Origin: Eledone cirrhosa | Taxonomy: Eukaryota | NCBI GenBank assembly: GCA_964016885.1 | Contig: OZ024740.1 | Location: 331,080,001-331,144,000 of the forward strand | Direction: 5' to 3' | DNA length: 64,000 nucleotides | Shown here: in pieces, positions 29,301 to 43,049 of the stretch | How the letters are laid out: each line of letters opens with the position of its first letter | How positions within the stretch are numbered: position 1 is the first letter of the stretch | The notes under the pieces: model-generated | Database searches by the model: none | Seen by the model: only the letters and a program-made list of their open reading frames with translations | Told to the model about the DNA's origin: nothing | Position numbers and translations under genes: made by a program

Positions 29301-29539
29301 TATGGGTGCGCGCGAGTGTGTGAGTGATTGTGTTTTGTAACTGTGTCTGTTGATTTTTGGCATATAGTTGAATAGTTTAAGAGAAATTTGAAGATAATTG
29401 TAAGATATGCACTCAATATTTTGAATTTGTCTACAGAATTCTCTAAACCTTTGTCACTTAGTAGAACCTTAATGAATTTAGCTTTTAAAGAATATCCCTT
29501 TCCTTTAAATCTAACTACCATGACTGACCCCCCACTGAT

Positions 29540-29860
29540 CTTATAGACACCTGGTAGCTTAAGAGAAACTTAATAATAAGGAGTGGCATGCCATCCTGAA
29601 CCTGTTTATAGAATTCTGTCTGCCTTTGTTACTCTAAAAACAAAAATAAATAAAAATAAACTATAGCTTTGTAGAATTAGCTTTTAATGAATTCCCTTTT
29701 CTATCAACCAATGACCTACACCCATCCCACTCCCCAACCTCTCCTACCACTTGTAGAGACCTATAAATACCATACATATTTTTTGATACCCAGATTCCTG
29801 ATGATTTCTAAAGAATGAAACAGTTCTAGTCCTGTAGAATCTCATCTATATTAAAACTAT
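29540..29860 (+). mobile_element. PLE pseudo-LTR with CCAAT, TATA and HHR
   Basis: Homologous to 6930-7404 and to the reverse complement of 21460-21555. Confidence 0.8.
29792..29842 (+). ncRNA. Type I hammerhead ribozyme
   Basis: agattc-CTGATGA-tttctaaagaat-GAAA-cagttctagtcctg-TA-gaatct; stem I covaries relative to the 7351 copy. Confidence 0.88.
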
Positions 29861-30080
29861 ATATAAAATATATATATATATAAAATCCAAAGAGGGCTAG
29901 ATAAGGATAAATATATTTCAAATATATAAGAACCGTAGAGCAAATATTTATTAAAATAACAGATAAAAGTATAAGCAAAGCATCGCTGCTTCCACCCTTA
30001 ACTTTAATCTGTTATTTTAATATATATATATATAAACATTTATCGTACTGCCTCTCTGTTCTGTCCCTGTTCAATTTTTC

Positions 30081-30119
<39 letters not shown>

Positions 30120-30122
<3 letters not shown>

Positions 30123-30598
30123 AGAGTTATAGAAGGTTCAATGAATACATCAAATAATGAGTTTTACAATAGATTGGAAACACTCAACAACAGTCAACAA
30201 TTTTTTCCAGAGTTATTAATATTAATTCAGAATATTAACAACATAGATATTCTTGTGATCAATTATATTTTATTATACATATTTCAGAGGTACTGAGTTC
30301 AAAAGTACGTCCTCATCATATAAAATAAAATGATACATGACATACCCTGACATAGTAGATGGTTAAGATTGAATTAATATATATATATGTGTGTGTGTGT
30401 ACGTATCCATATTTACATTTATGTATCAGAGAGTTAATGGGAGAGTGAGTGAGGGAGGGAGGGCGGAAGACAGAGAGAGAAATAGAGAGGGAAAAGAGAG
30501 GAGAGAGTAGAAGAAGTGGGGAGCGAAACGGCGTTCTTCCTTGCTGATTGCCTTCCTAACCTCCCCACCAAACTCTTGCATGGACCCATACACCACAC

Positions 30599-30648
<50 letters not shown>

Positions 30649-30722
30649 GTATACCCCGAAAAAATATTTATAATAAAATATAAGATCATAAGAATATCTA
30701 TTTTGTTAATATTTTGAATTAA
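30120..30722. repeat. Composite block duplicated at 33835-34450; contains a C3>A hammerhead on the minus strand (30266-30327; second copy 33978-34039)
   Basis: Near-identical text in both places. Reverse complement: tattttat-ATGATGA-..gtact/agtac..-GAAA-tatgta-TA-ataaaata. Confidence 0.8.
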
Positions 30723-30744
30723 TATATATATATATATATATATA

Positions 30745-31444
30745 TAATTTAGCCAGATTGAAATACCTTAATTCAAATACATATAGTCTGCCTGTATCGA
30801 TCTAAAAAATAATAAATCTATACTCACAGACGTATATCGGCAACTGCTCTGGTGCCTATACAAGTTTAAATTTCAAAATTCAAACCTTTTCAGCAGATCA
30901 GTCCAAACTTCAAAAAGTAAACCTGTTTCACAAAGGATGGTATACTATTGAAATAACTAATTAATTGTGGAATAACTATTTATGAATTAATTATGAGCGA
31001 AATAATCAATTTTCTGTGATTCTCAATAGGCACCCAGAAAAATTAGAGTTACTTCACCTAAGAGAAATATCTAAGGACTGGTTTGTCGTATGCTAAATAC
31101 ATGTGCTTTTGCACACTATTTTTCCCAGCGTTCTGGCTCATACTCATGGCGCTAGAAATAACAGCCGTTTATATGGGATTACGAATTCAGCTCGACGAAA
31201 GGAACAGATATAATATAATTTAGAGTTTTCACTCGGGAGTCAAATACAATTATTTAGCTCTAAGAAATATTTCTGAGCAGTACAATACAAGTTAATATAA
31301 AAAATATATGATCAACACTAATGTGTTTTTATTGCAAATTGACAATAATTTAGCCAGATTGAAATACCTTAATTCAAATACATATAGTCTGCCTGTATCG
31401 ATCTGAGAAATGATAAATCTATACTCACAGACGTATATCGGCAA
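30745..31444. repeat. 601-bp unit, about 1.2 tandem copies, flanked by (TA)n; related to palindrome 35039-35550
   Basis: agccagattgaaatacc.. at 30751 and 31352; shared gagcagt..aaaatatatgat.aacac.aatgtg. Confidence 0.8.
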
Positions 31445-31677
31445 TATATATATGTGTGTGTGTGTGTACGTATCCATACTTACATTTATGTATCAGAGAG
31501 TTAATGGGAGAGTGAGTGAGGGAGGGAGGGAGGAAGAGAGAGAGAGAAAGGGGGCTAGATAAGGATAAAAATATAATAAATATATAAGAACCGTAGAGCA
31601 AATATTTATTAAAATAACAGATAACAGTATAAGCAAATAATCGCTGCTTTCACCCTTAACTTTAATCTGTTATTTTA

Positions 31678-31711
<34 letters not shown>

Positions 31712-31719
<8 letters not shown>

Positions 31720-33740
31720 ATACTTTGGGAGCGTCATGTTGCCAATAAGAAACACACGCAACAGTTGATTCACTTCAATTTATTATAATAAATTTATAAA
31801 TATAGGAATTTACAAATTTATAAATTTCTGGTTGGTTGGTTCCACAACCAGATAGTTGTTTATATATTGTCAAAATTGTTTCGTCACACATTCTGTGACC
31901 TCTTCAGTGACTGGGGATTTTTTTCTTTGTTTTTGTGCCTCTCCTTTGTTCTGCCCTACGGCATTTTGTTTCTGTGTGTGTGTTGTGTGCTCAGTCTGCG
32001 CATGCGCCACATCCGGGTGTCTTTTTTTATATTCGTTTATTTATTTGTTTATTTACATGTTACCGGTTGGTTGTTTGTTCTATGTGTGTGTGTGTTTTCA
32101 TTGTGTCCTTAATTGTAAGTTGTTATGCTGCTGTTCCACTCATATTTTCTATTTAATTTTGGTTGTAATCCTTTTATGTTTATTGTCTCTGTGATTTGTC
32201 TAAACATTGCGTCTTTTCTCTGTGTAGATTCTATTTTTATTTCTATGTTCTCTAATTTACCCTTATGTTCTATTTTAGCATGCTGGTAGAGTACAGATAA
32301 TTCTTTACTATCTTGAAGGTCTCGCCAGTGTTCATTTATCCGTTCCCCTACACTACGAGCTGTCTCACCTATGTACACTATATTTTTGTCTCTACATTGT
32401 CCTTCAATACATTTTATGCTATACACTACATTTCTAGTTTTACAGTTAATATGGGGGCTTATTTTACAGGTTATACATTTCTTATCTATACAGGGGGTCT
32501 TTGAAAAGGGTATGTCTTGCTAATAAGTGTTTTTACGGAGGTACCTGGTCTTTCTACTATCTTAATATTGAGTTTATGTTTATCTAGGGCCCTTCTAAAT
32601 TTATAAGCTAATTCACCTCTTGGGGTTGTATCGATGAACATTACACTCTGGTATTTATTGCTATCATACCATGAGTTTATTCGATTAGCCTTATTTCTAG
32701 TTCTTTCTATTCTATTCCAAAATTTGCTCCGATACACGGGGCAGGTCCCATTCGTGTCATTATTTACCATTTTTTCCCATTTGCTTCTGGCTCCTCTATA
32801 CACTCTGATTTTATCTCTCTGATTGTAACCAGAGAACTGCATACGGTGGATGAAGTGTTGTATGTGTCTCTCTAGTTCTTCGGGGTTGCACATGCGGGAC
32901 ACGTTTCTCATCACCCGTATCAAATCCGCAATCACTATGTTGATTTTGGTATGGTCCGAAACAGCCGAGTTTCGGTGGATCAGATGTTTGGAAGTCATGG
33001 GTTTGGCATAATGGGAATGGAGGATTTGTTTATTTGTAATTAATGGTATCTAACCAGAGCTCTGTGTCTAGTACAGGTAATCGATGGTTGGGGTGTTTAC
33101 TTGGGTAGTCTATAGTAACTCTAATACTATGGTGGATGGAGTTAGCTATTTGCTGGATGCTTTCCATTGTGTGTTTTCTCTAGTTCCTGACTGTTCTCTA
33201 GTGGGGGTATCTTAACTACGATGTTTATATCATCAACGTAGCGGGAGTACATTATCAGGGTTAAGAGGTCTTCTAATTGTTCTTTAAGTTCAAGTTTAAG
33301 TCTACTGTCCCACCATACCATGAATAAGTTAGCTATGTCGCGTGCAATGCTAACACCAATGGCTGCTCCTTCCTCTTGGGCATATGTTTTTCCATTAAAT
33401 TTGAACATATGTTCCTTAAGGGTTAGTTTTATGCTGGCCCCTACCGGATGTGCATTCATTTTCTTCAGTTCATCGTGGTTTTCGGGTGTCCGTATGGCTC
33501 TGGTCTACCCGTTCCATCTATCTGTGTGGGTTTTCTTGCTGGTCTTGTAGGGTACAGGTTGGTAAGGTCATATGTGTCTAGGTAATTATTACTATAGGTA
33601 AGTTTAAGTAGGAGTCCCAGCTCACTGGTATCAATCCCACGGAACTCAACATTGCTCTCACTGATCATTTCTTACGCATTTCTCCACAGCAAAATCCACG
33701 TCAATAGATGGATACAGGGACACAACATCCATACTACCCT
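31712..33740 (-). mobile_element. 5'-truncated, frameshifted PLE (non-Naiad; Neptune/Nematis-like assignment tentative)
   Basis: GSMDVVSLYPSI, QEEGAAIG, YSRYVDDI, KKCITCK..NCK linker, VYSIKC..VYIGETARS..RINEH; inserted in (TA)n. Confidence 0.92.
31869..31911 (-). ncRNA. Minimal hammerhead in PLE 3' UTR
   Basis: Reverse complement: gtca-CTGAAGA-g gtcac agaatgt gtgac-GAAA-caat-TT-tgac. Confidence 0.7.
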
Positions 33741-33815
33741 CCCAAAGTATAACAATATCGGTTTCAACACACGATTTCAGATAAAGAATCTTGCTAAACA
33801 AATTCAGAAACGAAA
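33738..33815 (+). mobile_element. Inverted terminal tail of the PLE at its 5' junction
   Basis: ctcccaaagtataacaatat is the reverse complement of 31712-31731, then continues with a tail homologous to the reverse complement of 1499-1580. Confidence 0.8.
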
Positions 33816-34278
33816 TATATATATATATATATATTTAAGTGTTATAGAAGGTTCAATGAATACATCAAAGAATGAGTTTTACAATAGATTGGAAACACTA
33901 AACAGTGAACAATTTTTTGCAGAGTTATTAATATTAATTCAAAATATTAACAACATAGATATTCTTGTGATCAATTATATTTTATTATACATATTTCAGA
34001 GGTACTGAGTTCAAAAGTACGTCCTCATCATATAAAATAAAATGATAAATGACATACCCTGACATAGTAGATGGTTAAGTTTGAATTAATATATATATGT
34101 GTGTGTGTGTGTGTGTACGTATCCATACTTACATTTATGTATCACAGAGTTAATGGGAGAGTGAGTGAGAAGAGAGGAGAGAGTAGAAGAAGTGGGGAGC
34201 GAAACGGCGTTCTTCCTTGCTGATTGCCTTCCTAACCTCCCCACCAAACTCTTGCATGGACCCATACACGACACTGCC

Positions 34279-34362
<84 letters not shown>

Positions 34363-34595
34363 ATATATATGTATGTATATCCCGAAAAAGTATTCATAAT
34401 AAAATATAAGGTCATAAGAATATCTAATTTGTTAATATTTTGAATTAATATATATATATATATATATGTAGATAAATCTACCAAGAGTTTACGGTAGTGT
34501 CCAATCCGTATGAAGAACTCAATGTAATCCGGATATCATGGAAAGAAGAGATGCAATGAAAAATCACTTTCGGTGAAAGATAATACAGAGTCAAG

Positions 34596-35026
34596 ATAAA
34601 ATATTAAAAGAATAATGAATAAAACAATGAAACAGTTCCTTATATTAAACAAAAAAAGTTCATTATTTAACGATCGTTTCTAGGATATATATGTGTTAGA
34701 ATTGGCATGCATATTCAACAGATCTATGTACAAAATTATACAAAATTATACAAACTATCAAGATTAAATATACATACCAAACACACATATATGCCGTCTT
34801 CAGAAATAATGATTATTTCTGAAGACGGCATATATGTGTGTTTGGTATGTATATTTAATCTTGATAGTTTGTATAATTTTGTATAATTTTGTACATAGAT
34901 CTGTTGAATATGCATGCCAATTCTAACACATATATATCCTAGAAACGATCGTTAAATAATGAACTTTTTTTGTTTAATATAAGGAACTGTTTCATTGTTT
35001 TATTCATTATTCTTTTAATATTTTAT
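34596..35026. repeat. Perfect palindrome (215-bp arms, 1-nt spacer at 34811) of a Naiad pLTR with two long-stem-II HHRs
   Basis: ..gaaataat-g-attatttc..; HHRs at 34660-34812 (-) and 34812-34961 (+); homologous to the 55-59 kb pLTRs. Confidence 0.92.
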
Positions 35027-35038
35027 ATATATATATAT

Positions 35039-35500
35039 ATACATTAAAATATATGATAAACACGAAATGTGTTTACATTGCAACAGACAAAGTTAGCTAT
35101 TAATGAAATAAACTAATTAAAATGAATACAATTTGTCTGTCTCGATATAAGTCAATAAAGACAAGCTTATATTGGCAACGGCCATGATTCCTGGACAGAT
35201 TTAAATTTCAAAATTCAAACCTGTTCTGTAGACGAATTTGAATCTCGAAACCTAAATAAGTTTCGCAACGTTGCGAAACTTATTTAGGTTTCGAGGTTCA
35301 AATTCGTCTACAGAACAGGTTTGGATTTTGAAATTTAAATCTGTCCAGGAATCATGGCCGTTGCCAATATAAGCTTGTCTTTATTGACTTATATCGAGAC
35401 AGACAAATTTTATTCACTTTAATTAGTTTATTTCATTAATAGCTAACTTTGTCTGTTGCAATGTAAACACATTTCGTGTTTATCATATATTTTAATGTAT
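35039..35500. repeat. Near-perfect palindrome (~230-bp arms, no spacer)
   Basis: Centre tttcgcaac|gttgcgaaa at 35269/35270. Confidence 0.92.
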
Positions 35501-35546
35501 TTAACTGCTCGGAAGAGCCCCTTTTCCTGGAGCTTAATTATTGTAA

Positions 35547-35622
<76 letters not shown>

Positions 35623-36224
35623 TGTGTGTGTGTGCGTGTGTGTGTGTGCGTATCAATACTTACATTTATGTCTCAGCTATGCTGGAGCGAGAAAGAAAAT
35701 TCTTAATTTAATTTTCATATATATATATTATAACAATTATTATACTGAAACGAAGTTTATTGAATATGACCGACAAATCTTCGATTGCTTTGCCACTCAG
35801 TCGATGTTTTATTTAAGTTAGTATCCTTAAGATACCAACCCAGATGAAAACAGAGAGCACACTAATACGTTCCCTAGTGTATGTATATTTACATGCAAAT
35901 ACATGTACTCTAATATTTCTGGAATATAATGGATAAAATAGAATATAATTCTTTGAAAAACGAGTCTTAGAAAATCACACGGCTGATTTTCTTGTCGCTG
36001 AGCGTATAGCCTTTTTAATATATATTATGTTACATGTAATAGTTTACATTTAATTAATTTCCGTGTATTGTGGCCCCGATTACTAACAAAATACTGATTA
36101 GATAATATATGTTTCTTAACATCAATTATAACATAAATAATATTTATTTAAATATGAAAACGAAAAATGAGTGTGATTGATACTTATCGTTCGGTAATAT
36201 GAAACAGGTATATAATTGTCTGCC

Positions 36225-36388
36225 ACAGTAAGTAACGTACTCAATACATTAGTAGAGTGTATACAACAAAATTAAATATAGAAATGGCTTTCATACGACA
36301 AGAACCGTTTCATTCGAAACAAAATCGTCAGGCTTTACTGATGATTTCTTTCGAATGAAACTGTTTCTTGTCGTGTAGAAGCCATTTA
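36225..36388. ncRNA. Back-to-back inverted pair of hammerheads (7351 family) with pLTR tail
   Basis: Minus copy at about 36284-36335 (CTGACGA); plus copy at about 36331-36383 (CTGATGA..GAAA..GTA gaagcc). Confidence 0.75.
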
Positions 36389-36453
36389 ATAGTATATATA
36401 TATGTGTGTGTGTGTGTGTAATGGTGAATCAACTGTTGTGGAACTACTTATAT

Positions 36454-36509
<56 letters not shown>

Positions 36510-36599
36510 GTGTGTGTCTGTGAGTGTATATGTGTGTGTATGTATATGTTTGTGTGCGTGTGTGTATATGTGTGTTTGTGAAAGTGTATGTACATGTGG

Positions 36600-36630
<31 letters not shown>

Positions 36631-38264
36631 CATTTTTATGTTTGTATTATGAATTAAGTAGAATCATGGAAAGAATATTCCTCTATGTGGTGAGGTTCCG
36701 TGTAAGTGGTAACGGTGTAGTTATATAATTATTTTACTCTGAAAACAAAACGAAAACCAGTTTTGATGATCTATATACCCCACAGGGGTTCTACAATAAA
36801 ATATCTTAAAACGCATACACACATGTCGCATAATATTTTCAAACATAAAAAACAATGTGTAAGATATTATTATTATTCCTGAAAGACACACTCCTAATTA
36901 GTTCATCCAAATAAATCGAATTTACAAAATCCAGAGTTAATATAAAGTTCCGTTTGTCAGAGATAGAATGTAGCTATGGTCCGCCACGTTATATTTTGAA
37001 GAAAATACATATCATATGTATATTATTATCTGTTGGACTAATCGAAATTGAAACATAGTCTCTTGGCATTATATATAGTAATAATTATAATATATAGTGT
37101 GCTTTGAATTAAATGAAATAGGTAATTTTTCCCGTTCACTATTAGTTTGCAAGCAATTCAAATGACACTCGTTTAATGTATGTACATGTTTATTTTTCCT
37201 ATGTTCTTTTGTTAGTTTTCTTCTATTCACATCTCATTTTGTTTCAAACATCTCATGGCGGTTTTTGACCAGAAACTACAGAAATGTAAATCGAATGCAA
37301 CTCACGTGTCTGATATCAACAAAACGGAAATAACTTCATATTTTCAGCATATTCTCTTTGGCTTTTATTCATTTCAACTATTTTTTACCATTTGTGTTTC
37401 TTTCATTTTTTAAATCATCATTGTGTTTTCGAATGTATATATTTTTTATATTTTTCTTAAACGATTCTCATACGTTCGCTTTTGTGTTATTTGAATTTTG
37501 TTTCTATATTGTTGTTTGGTATTTTTCAGCTACTCTAGTGCAATGTATTTCCTGTTTACTTCTATTACATTTCATTTTTATTCTATTTTGTATATTTTGT
37601 TTCAAATTAGTTTGTGTCACCTTGGTTATTGAAAAGCATAATAAAGAAACATATAATCTTGCTTTACACCTCTTAGACTGTTCCATGGGTCTTGTTTGTC
37701 AAACGAAAATGGAAGAATTAATATCTAAAGAATTTTGATATAATAATTAAAAAAATATTCTAAAACATATGAAAGCCAAATTTAGTACTATGTTTAGAAT
37801 CTATTTTCCACGTTGAAAAAAAATTATGCGCTGCTTATGAGACACACTAAACCTATATTGTAAGAAAACAACGAAAAGTTAGGCACATAGACCATTTAAC
37901 AATACATAGCAATATATATATATATAGATATATATATGCATTGAGCATCTCCAGCATTTGATCATCATGCAAAATACTATATAGTCTATATTATGTTCTG
38001 GGTGAGTGTTACTGATGAAAGATTACAAAACATTGACTCGGTGTTGTCTGATACTGCCAGAATATACTGGCATTTCTATGATATATTCATAGAAGAAAAT
38101 AGAAATATATATTTTTTCCTTGGTTTTAATTTCGTTTCGTTACGAAGAAATATTTTCTTCCACAGCATGGCCATCCATATGTCTATTGTATATAATCTTA
38201 TTACACATATCTTCACATACCCTTCTGCTATACTTATGATGTATTTTATTGCTACTGCCAATAA

Positions 38265-38359
<95 letters not shown>

Positions 38360-38779
38360 ATATATATATATATATACATATATATTTAAGCTTGGTTGTT
38401 CACCACTGGTTAGAACTGGTCATTCCGTATATCCAAACATGATGTTATGAAAAGCACTCGACGTTATGCAACTTATCCATCTTTGATGTTGAATCTTGGT
38501 GTTGATGTGAGAAATTAGTTAATTATTATTGAGTAAAATGACAGGAGGCCGGACTAATTCCTTCAAATATTTATTTCAGCAAACAATATGTACCTTTCAG
38601 TGGCCAGATTACGTAAGATCCTGGTGACATCATCAGGTATTTATTGTATAATAGTTATATGATAAAGGAAGAATGGTAAACACAACCCAAGCGGCTATAA
38701 TGAGGGAAAACAGATTTTAAAAAACAGAGACTCGAAGGCGACCAAGCGGGCCAGTTGTCAATTTCGCTGACCGCCTTCG

Positions 38780-40720
38780 AGTGAGAATTCTTATCAATTT
38801 TGTCATACCGGTTTGGTCCGGGGATTTTATGCTTCGTATGTTTATTACTACTACTCCGCCATTTACTGCTATTTGGACATATGCTAGAGGTAAAGGAGAT
38901 CGGGTTACAGAGAAATATGTTCTGTGGAATCAGCCTAAAGTTCTATAAAAATATAATGGACGGGGGTGAATTCAGAACTTAGAACTAATATAGTTTTACG
39001 GTTAAAATTAAAGATTAAAGATTAAAAATGTAAAAATTAAAGTTTAAAGTACCAACTCTATTCTTCTATCTTCTACATTTTCACATTTTTAAACTTATCA
39101 TTTATTGTTTATTGTTTATTTGTTACACTTTAATTTGTATTTATTTCTTAATTCTTAGATGATTTCTTATGTACTTCCATTTTTACTCCCATGATACCAC
39201 TCTGTGTATGATTACATTTCATATTCCGTATATACATATTCATGGTTTTTACTCAACTGTTACCTAAACTATTTCACAAGACTAGACTATTACTTTCTAT
39301 AGTGTTTCTTTTTTTTCTGAATTCACTTGTGCACGGCATGACCTTAGCGTTATCTAGTAACCCATACAAGATACCACACGTCCCCGCCACTATAAACGTT
39401 TCTTTTCATTAACTACGTTTACCTGTCTCTTTCACATATTTACCAACCATTTACTAGTTTTCTATATATGGTCATATATCTATTTATTTATTTAATTTTC
39501 CCCCACCCCTTTTGGATTCACGCAACATGTACCATGCTATATAGTTTCCATATTATAATAATTACATGGTGTATATTTATATATTACCGATATTTATTGT
39601 AGTGTGGGTTGAGGTGATATCCCATATAAATACGAAACCGGGCAACGCATGAAACACAGGTTAGCGTATAGTTTCTTTTCTTATTTCATTAAATCCTACT
39701 TTGATTTAATTTTACTACATTTAAGCTTTCCTGAGACTATTATTCACACCACTGATATCAATAACCAATAATCATTTGGTATATGTTGGATCAATGACTG
39801 GCTGTGACGGCTTTCCGACTTGCACTCACACGCCTGGCTCTTCTTTTTTTTTCGGTAGACGAAAATACACGGAACGGTTGGTATGCTCTTGAGCCATGGG
39901 TAGACCGGGAAATCGTCATTTCACTGGTTATTGAACGCCTACAACAATCCTTTTTATCATATAGTTCAGAACTATTTCATATCCCCTAAGAATACAGTAT
40001 CGTGCAACGCAAAGAACCCAAAGCTGAATAGTGATCTAATCTTGTTTAATTTTAGTTTTATTTTGTTTTTTACGTTTCAGGTTTTCACAACTCTATCTTT
40101 AGGATCATTAATATAACTAGTATTTGTAACTAATAAATGTCTGGCATATGATACTTCACCGGCAACGGTACTGACTCTCCTGGTCACGTGAAGCACGAGT
40201 CTGTGGACATTTCCTAGAGCGCTTGGAAGTATTAGAAATTTCCCTATTTTTGATATGAGATTTCACTCAACGTGTTCGTGTGTTTATGAACCAGCGGTGT
40301 CTGTGAAGCCATTATCTCAGGAGCTGACGAAAGACAAGCCACACTCGTTTCACTATATCACAAACACACAGTGATGTAACTAGACCTTTTATTATGACTA
40401 TCAAAGATATATTTAATGTTTATATACATGCACCCTCCTCCTAATTCTGTAATTATATCTTTAAATTTTAAACTTTATGTTTTACATTTTTAATCTTTAA
40501 TCATAACTTTAATTTTAACCTTAAAATGTTTTAAGTTCTAAGTTCAGAATTCACTCCCGTCCATTACATTTGTATAGATATATTTCTCTGTAATCTGATC
40601 TCCTTTCCACTAGCATGTGTCCAAATAGTAGTGAATGGCAGGGTAGTAGTAATACTCACACTCACTCTACAACCCACCGACCAAACCGGTAGACAAAATT
40701 GATAAGAATTATCACTCGAC
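38780..40720. repeat. Diverged inverted repeat pair (38780-39060 vs 40440-40720)
   Basis: gaattcttatcaattttgtc.taccggtttggtc and ggacggg.gtgaattc.gaactta are mirrored. Confidence 0.75.
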
Positions 40721-41061
40721 GGCGGGATTTGAATTAAGACGTAAATGGCCGTAACTCTATGCTGCAAAGCATGGCCGATCCTATACCGATACTGCGATTG
40801 AAATGAAGTCATCTGATATAACCGATGTACCTTCCCACCCACTCAATTCTTTCGTTAAGCCAGTGTCATTGAGATACCAACCTAAAAGAAAACAGAGTGC
40901 ACACTAATAAGTTAAATAGTGAGAAAATCGATTTCGTGTAGGTAGCGAATTTGATCCTCTGACCTCGGACTAATGCATTAATTCCTGCTACTCCATCTGC
41001 TGGCGATTGTCTGTATTGAACTGACGTGCACAGAAATGTTGTGTACTCACACACACACACG

Positions 41062-41171
<110 letters not shown>

Positions 41172-41211
41172 CGAAACATTAGTCAATTGCATGAACTGAT
41201 AATCCTTTATT

Positions 41212-41269
41212 TACTGCTATATATATTTCGATGAAAGCCATTGAATGGCTATGGCCTCATCAGGCAGTT
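41212..41269 (-). ncRNA. Minimal type I hammerhead ribozyme
   Basis: Reverse complement: actgc-CTGATGA-g..agccatt/aatggct..c-GAAA-tatata-TA-gcagt. Confidence 0.8.
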
Positions 41270-41904
41270 AGTCAGTTCTTAGATATGCCAGCTCTGTGTT
41301 TATAGTGTTGATGGTATCAAAGCCTTAGGACATATTAGCTTGTTAGGGATAATTTAATGTTGTCAGCAGGAATAGTCTTAATTCTCATTGGTCAGTTTGT
41401 AGATGCTAGTAGGGTTGGTATTTGACCTCAAAGAGGCAGGTGGTGTTGTAAAGTTCAAACCGTCAAGCAAGATGACAATAGTTCCATATGACTGGTTTTC
41501 ACAAAAAGCATTCCTGGTCAGATATATATTCAATTAAGGTTAATAGTATGAAATAGATACTACAGGTCATTCTTAAATTGAGGAATTTATGTGGAGTGGT
41601 GCTACTGAAAATTATGGTTAGAGTAGAAAATTTACAAATAAAAAGACTTAAGTTGGTTGGCTTGCACGTACACTCACACCCACCTCCACATACACACATA
41701 CAAATTGAGGAATTAATGTGGGGTGGTAATACTTAAAATAATGTTTAGAGTCCAATACTTAGATAGTTTAGAAACATTTAGAAATAAAAGGCTTATGTTG
41801 GTTGACTTGTACATACACTCACACTTAACCCATCAGACACACACACATCTACACACACAAATCCATACAGGTGTGTGTATATATATATATATGTACGCAC
41901 ACGT

Positions 41905-41946
<42 letters not shown>

Positions 41947-42099
41947 AATATATATACATAAAATATACATATACATAAAATATATATATATAAAATACAT
42001 ATATATAAAACATACACATACACAAAATATATACACATATAAAATATACATACATATATATATATATATAAAATACATATATACATACATATATATATA

Positions 42100-42315
42100 T
42101 AAAAGGAACGATCGACTTTCGTCAAATCGGACCGAGGGAACAGTGTTTCCGTTGGACTTTCCAATTGCTAATACTATCTATCGGTCGCAACTCCAGGTAG
42201 AATTTGCAACGTGAAATAAAGTGTCTTGCTCAAGGACATAACGCATCGCCTGGTCCAGAAATCGAACTCACAATCTTACGATTGCGAATCCAATTCTCTA
42301 ACCACTCAGCCACAC
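42100..42315 (-). mobile_element. tRNA-derived SINE
   Basis: Reverse complement: gtggctgagtggttag (A box), gagttcgattt (B box), gtccttgagcaagacact. Confidence 0.75.
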
Positions 42316-42484
42316 ACATATATATATATATGCATATAAAATACACATATATACACACATAAAATACATTTATATATACATATAATATATATATGTAAAA
42401 GTATTATTTAGATTGTTGGGATACAACAAGCAAATATTTTTTATAACTGATATAAAGCACTCAACAAATAATTGGAGTAAAAAT

Positions 42485-42850
42485 ACGATATTAACAAATG
42501 GAAACTATATTTATAAAACCATATTTATTTCATTATACATATTTCAAGGACACCAAGTTAGATTATGGTGTGCTTTCATCAGATGAAATGTAACATAGTG
42601 CAGTTTTATAAATAAATATTGACATACCCTTAAAGAATGCAACTATTACTGTTCGAAGCTTTACTATCCGGGAGCTTCCAACAGTAATGGTTGCATTCTT
42701 TAAGGGTATGTCAATATTTATTTATACAACTGCTCTATAATATATTTTATCTGATGAAAGCACACCATAATTTAACTTGGTGTCCTTGAAGTATGTACAA
42801 TGAAATAAATATGGTTTTATAAATATAGTTTTCATTTGTTAATATCGTAT
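42485..42850. repeat. Fold-back repeat with an HHR in each arm
   Basis: Arms meet at about 42660-42672. Intact HHR at 42527-42589 (-): atttcat-CTGATGA-aag cacacca..tggtgtc ctt-GAAA-tatgta-TA-atgaaat. Mutated copy at 42744-42806 (+). Confidence 0.85.
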
Positions 42851-43049
42851 AATATATATATATATAAAAAATCAGGTTCAATAAAATGTGATTTTGATGA
42901 CTCCTAACCAGTAGAGGATCCGGTGGACCATCCACCATAGGGACCACAAACTATGGGTGATTGTTGTTGTCCATTGGTCATTGATACGGGGTGTAGGGGG
43001 CCTACAGGGTGGGGGGCGTTGTGGGAGGCCTTCACCGGGGTTTATCCAT

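Noticed and set aside
38592-38645. Minus-strand hammerhead
   Set aside because: CTGATGA, stem II and GAAA are present, but stem I and stem III do not pair; at best a decayed remnant.
42240-42315. tRNA gene
   Set aside because: The A/B boxes run straight into a SINE body; no full cloverleaf.
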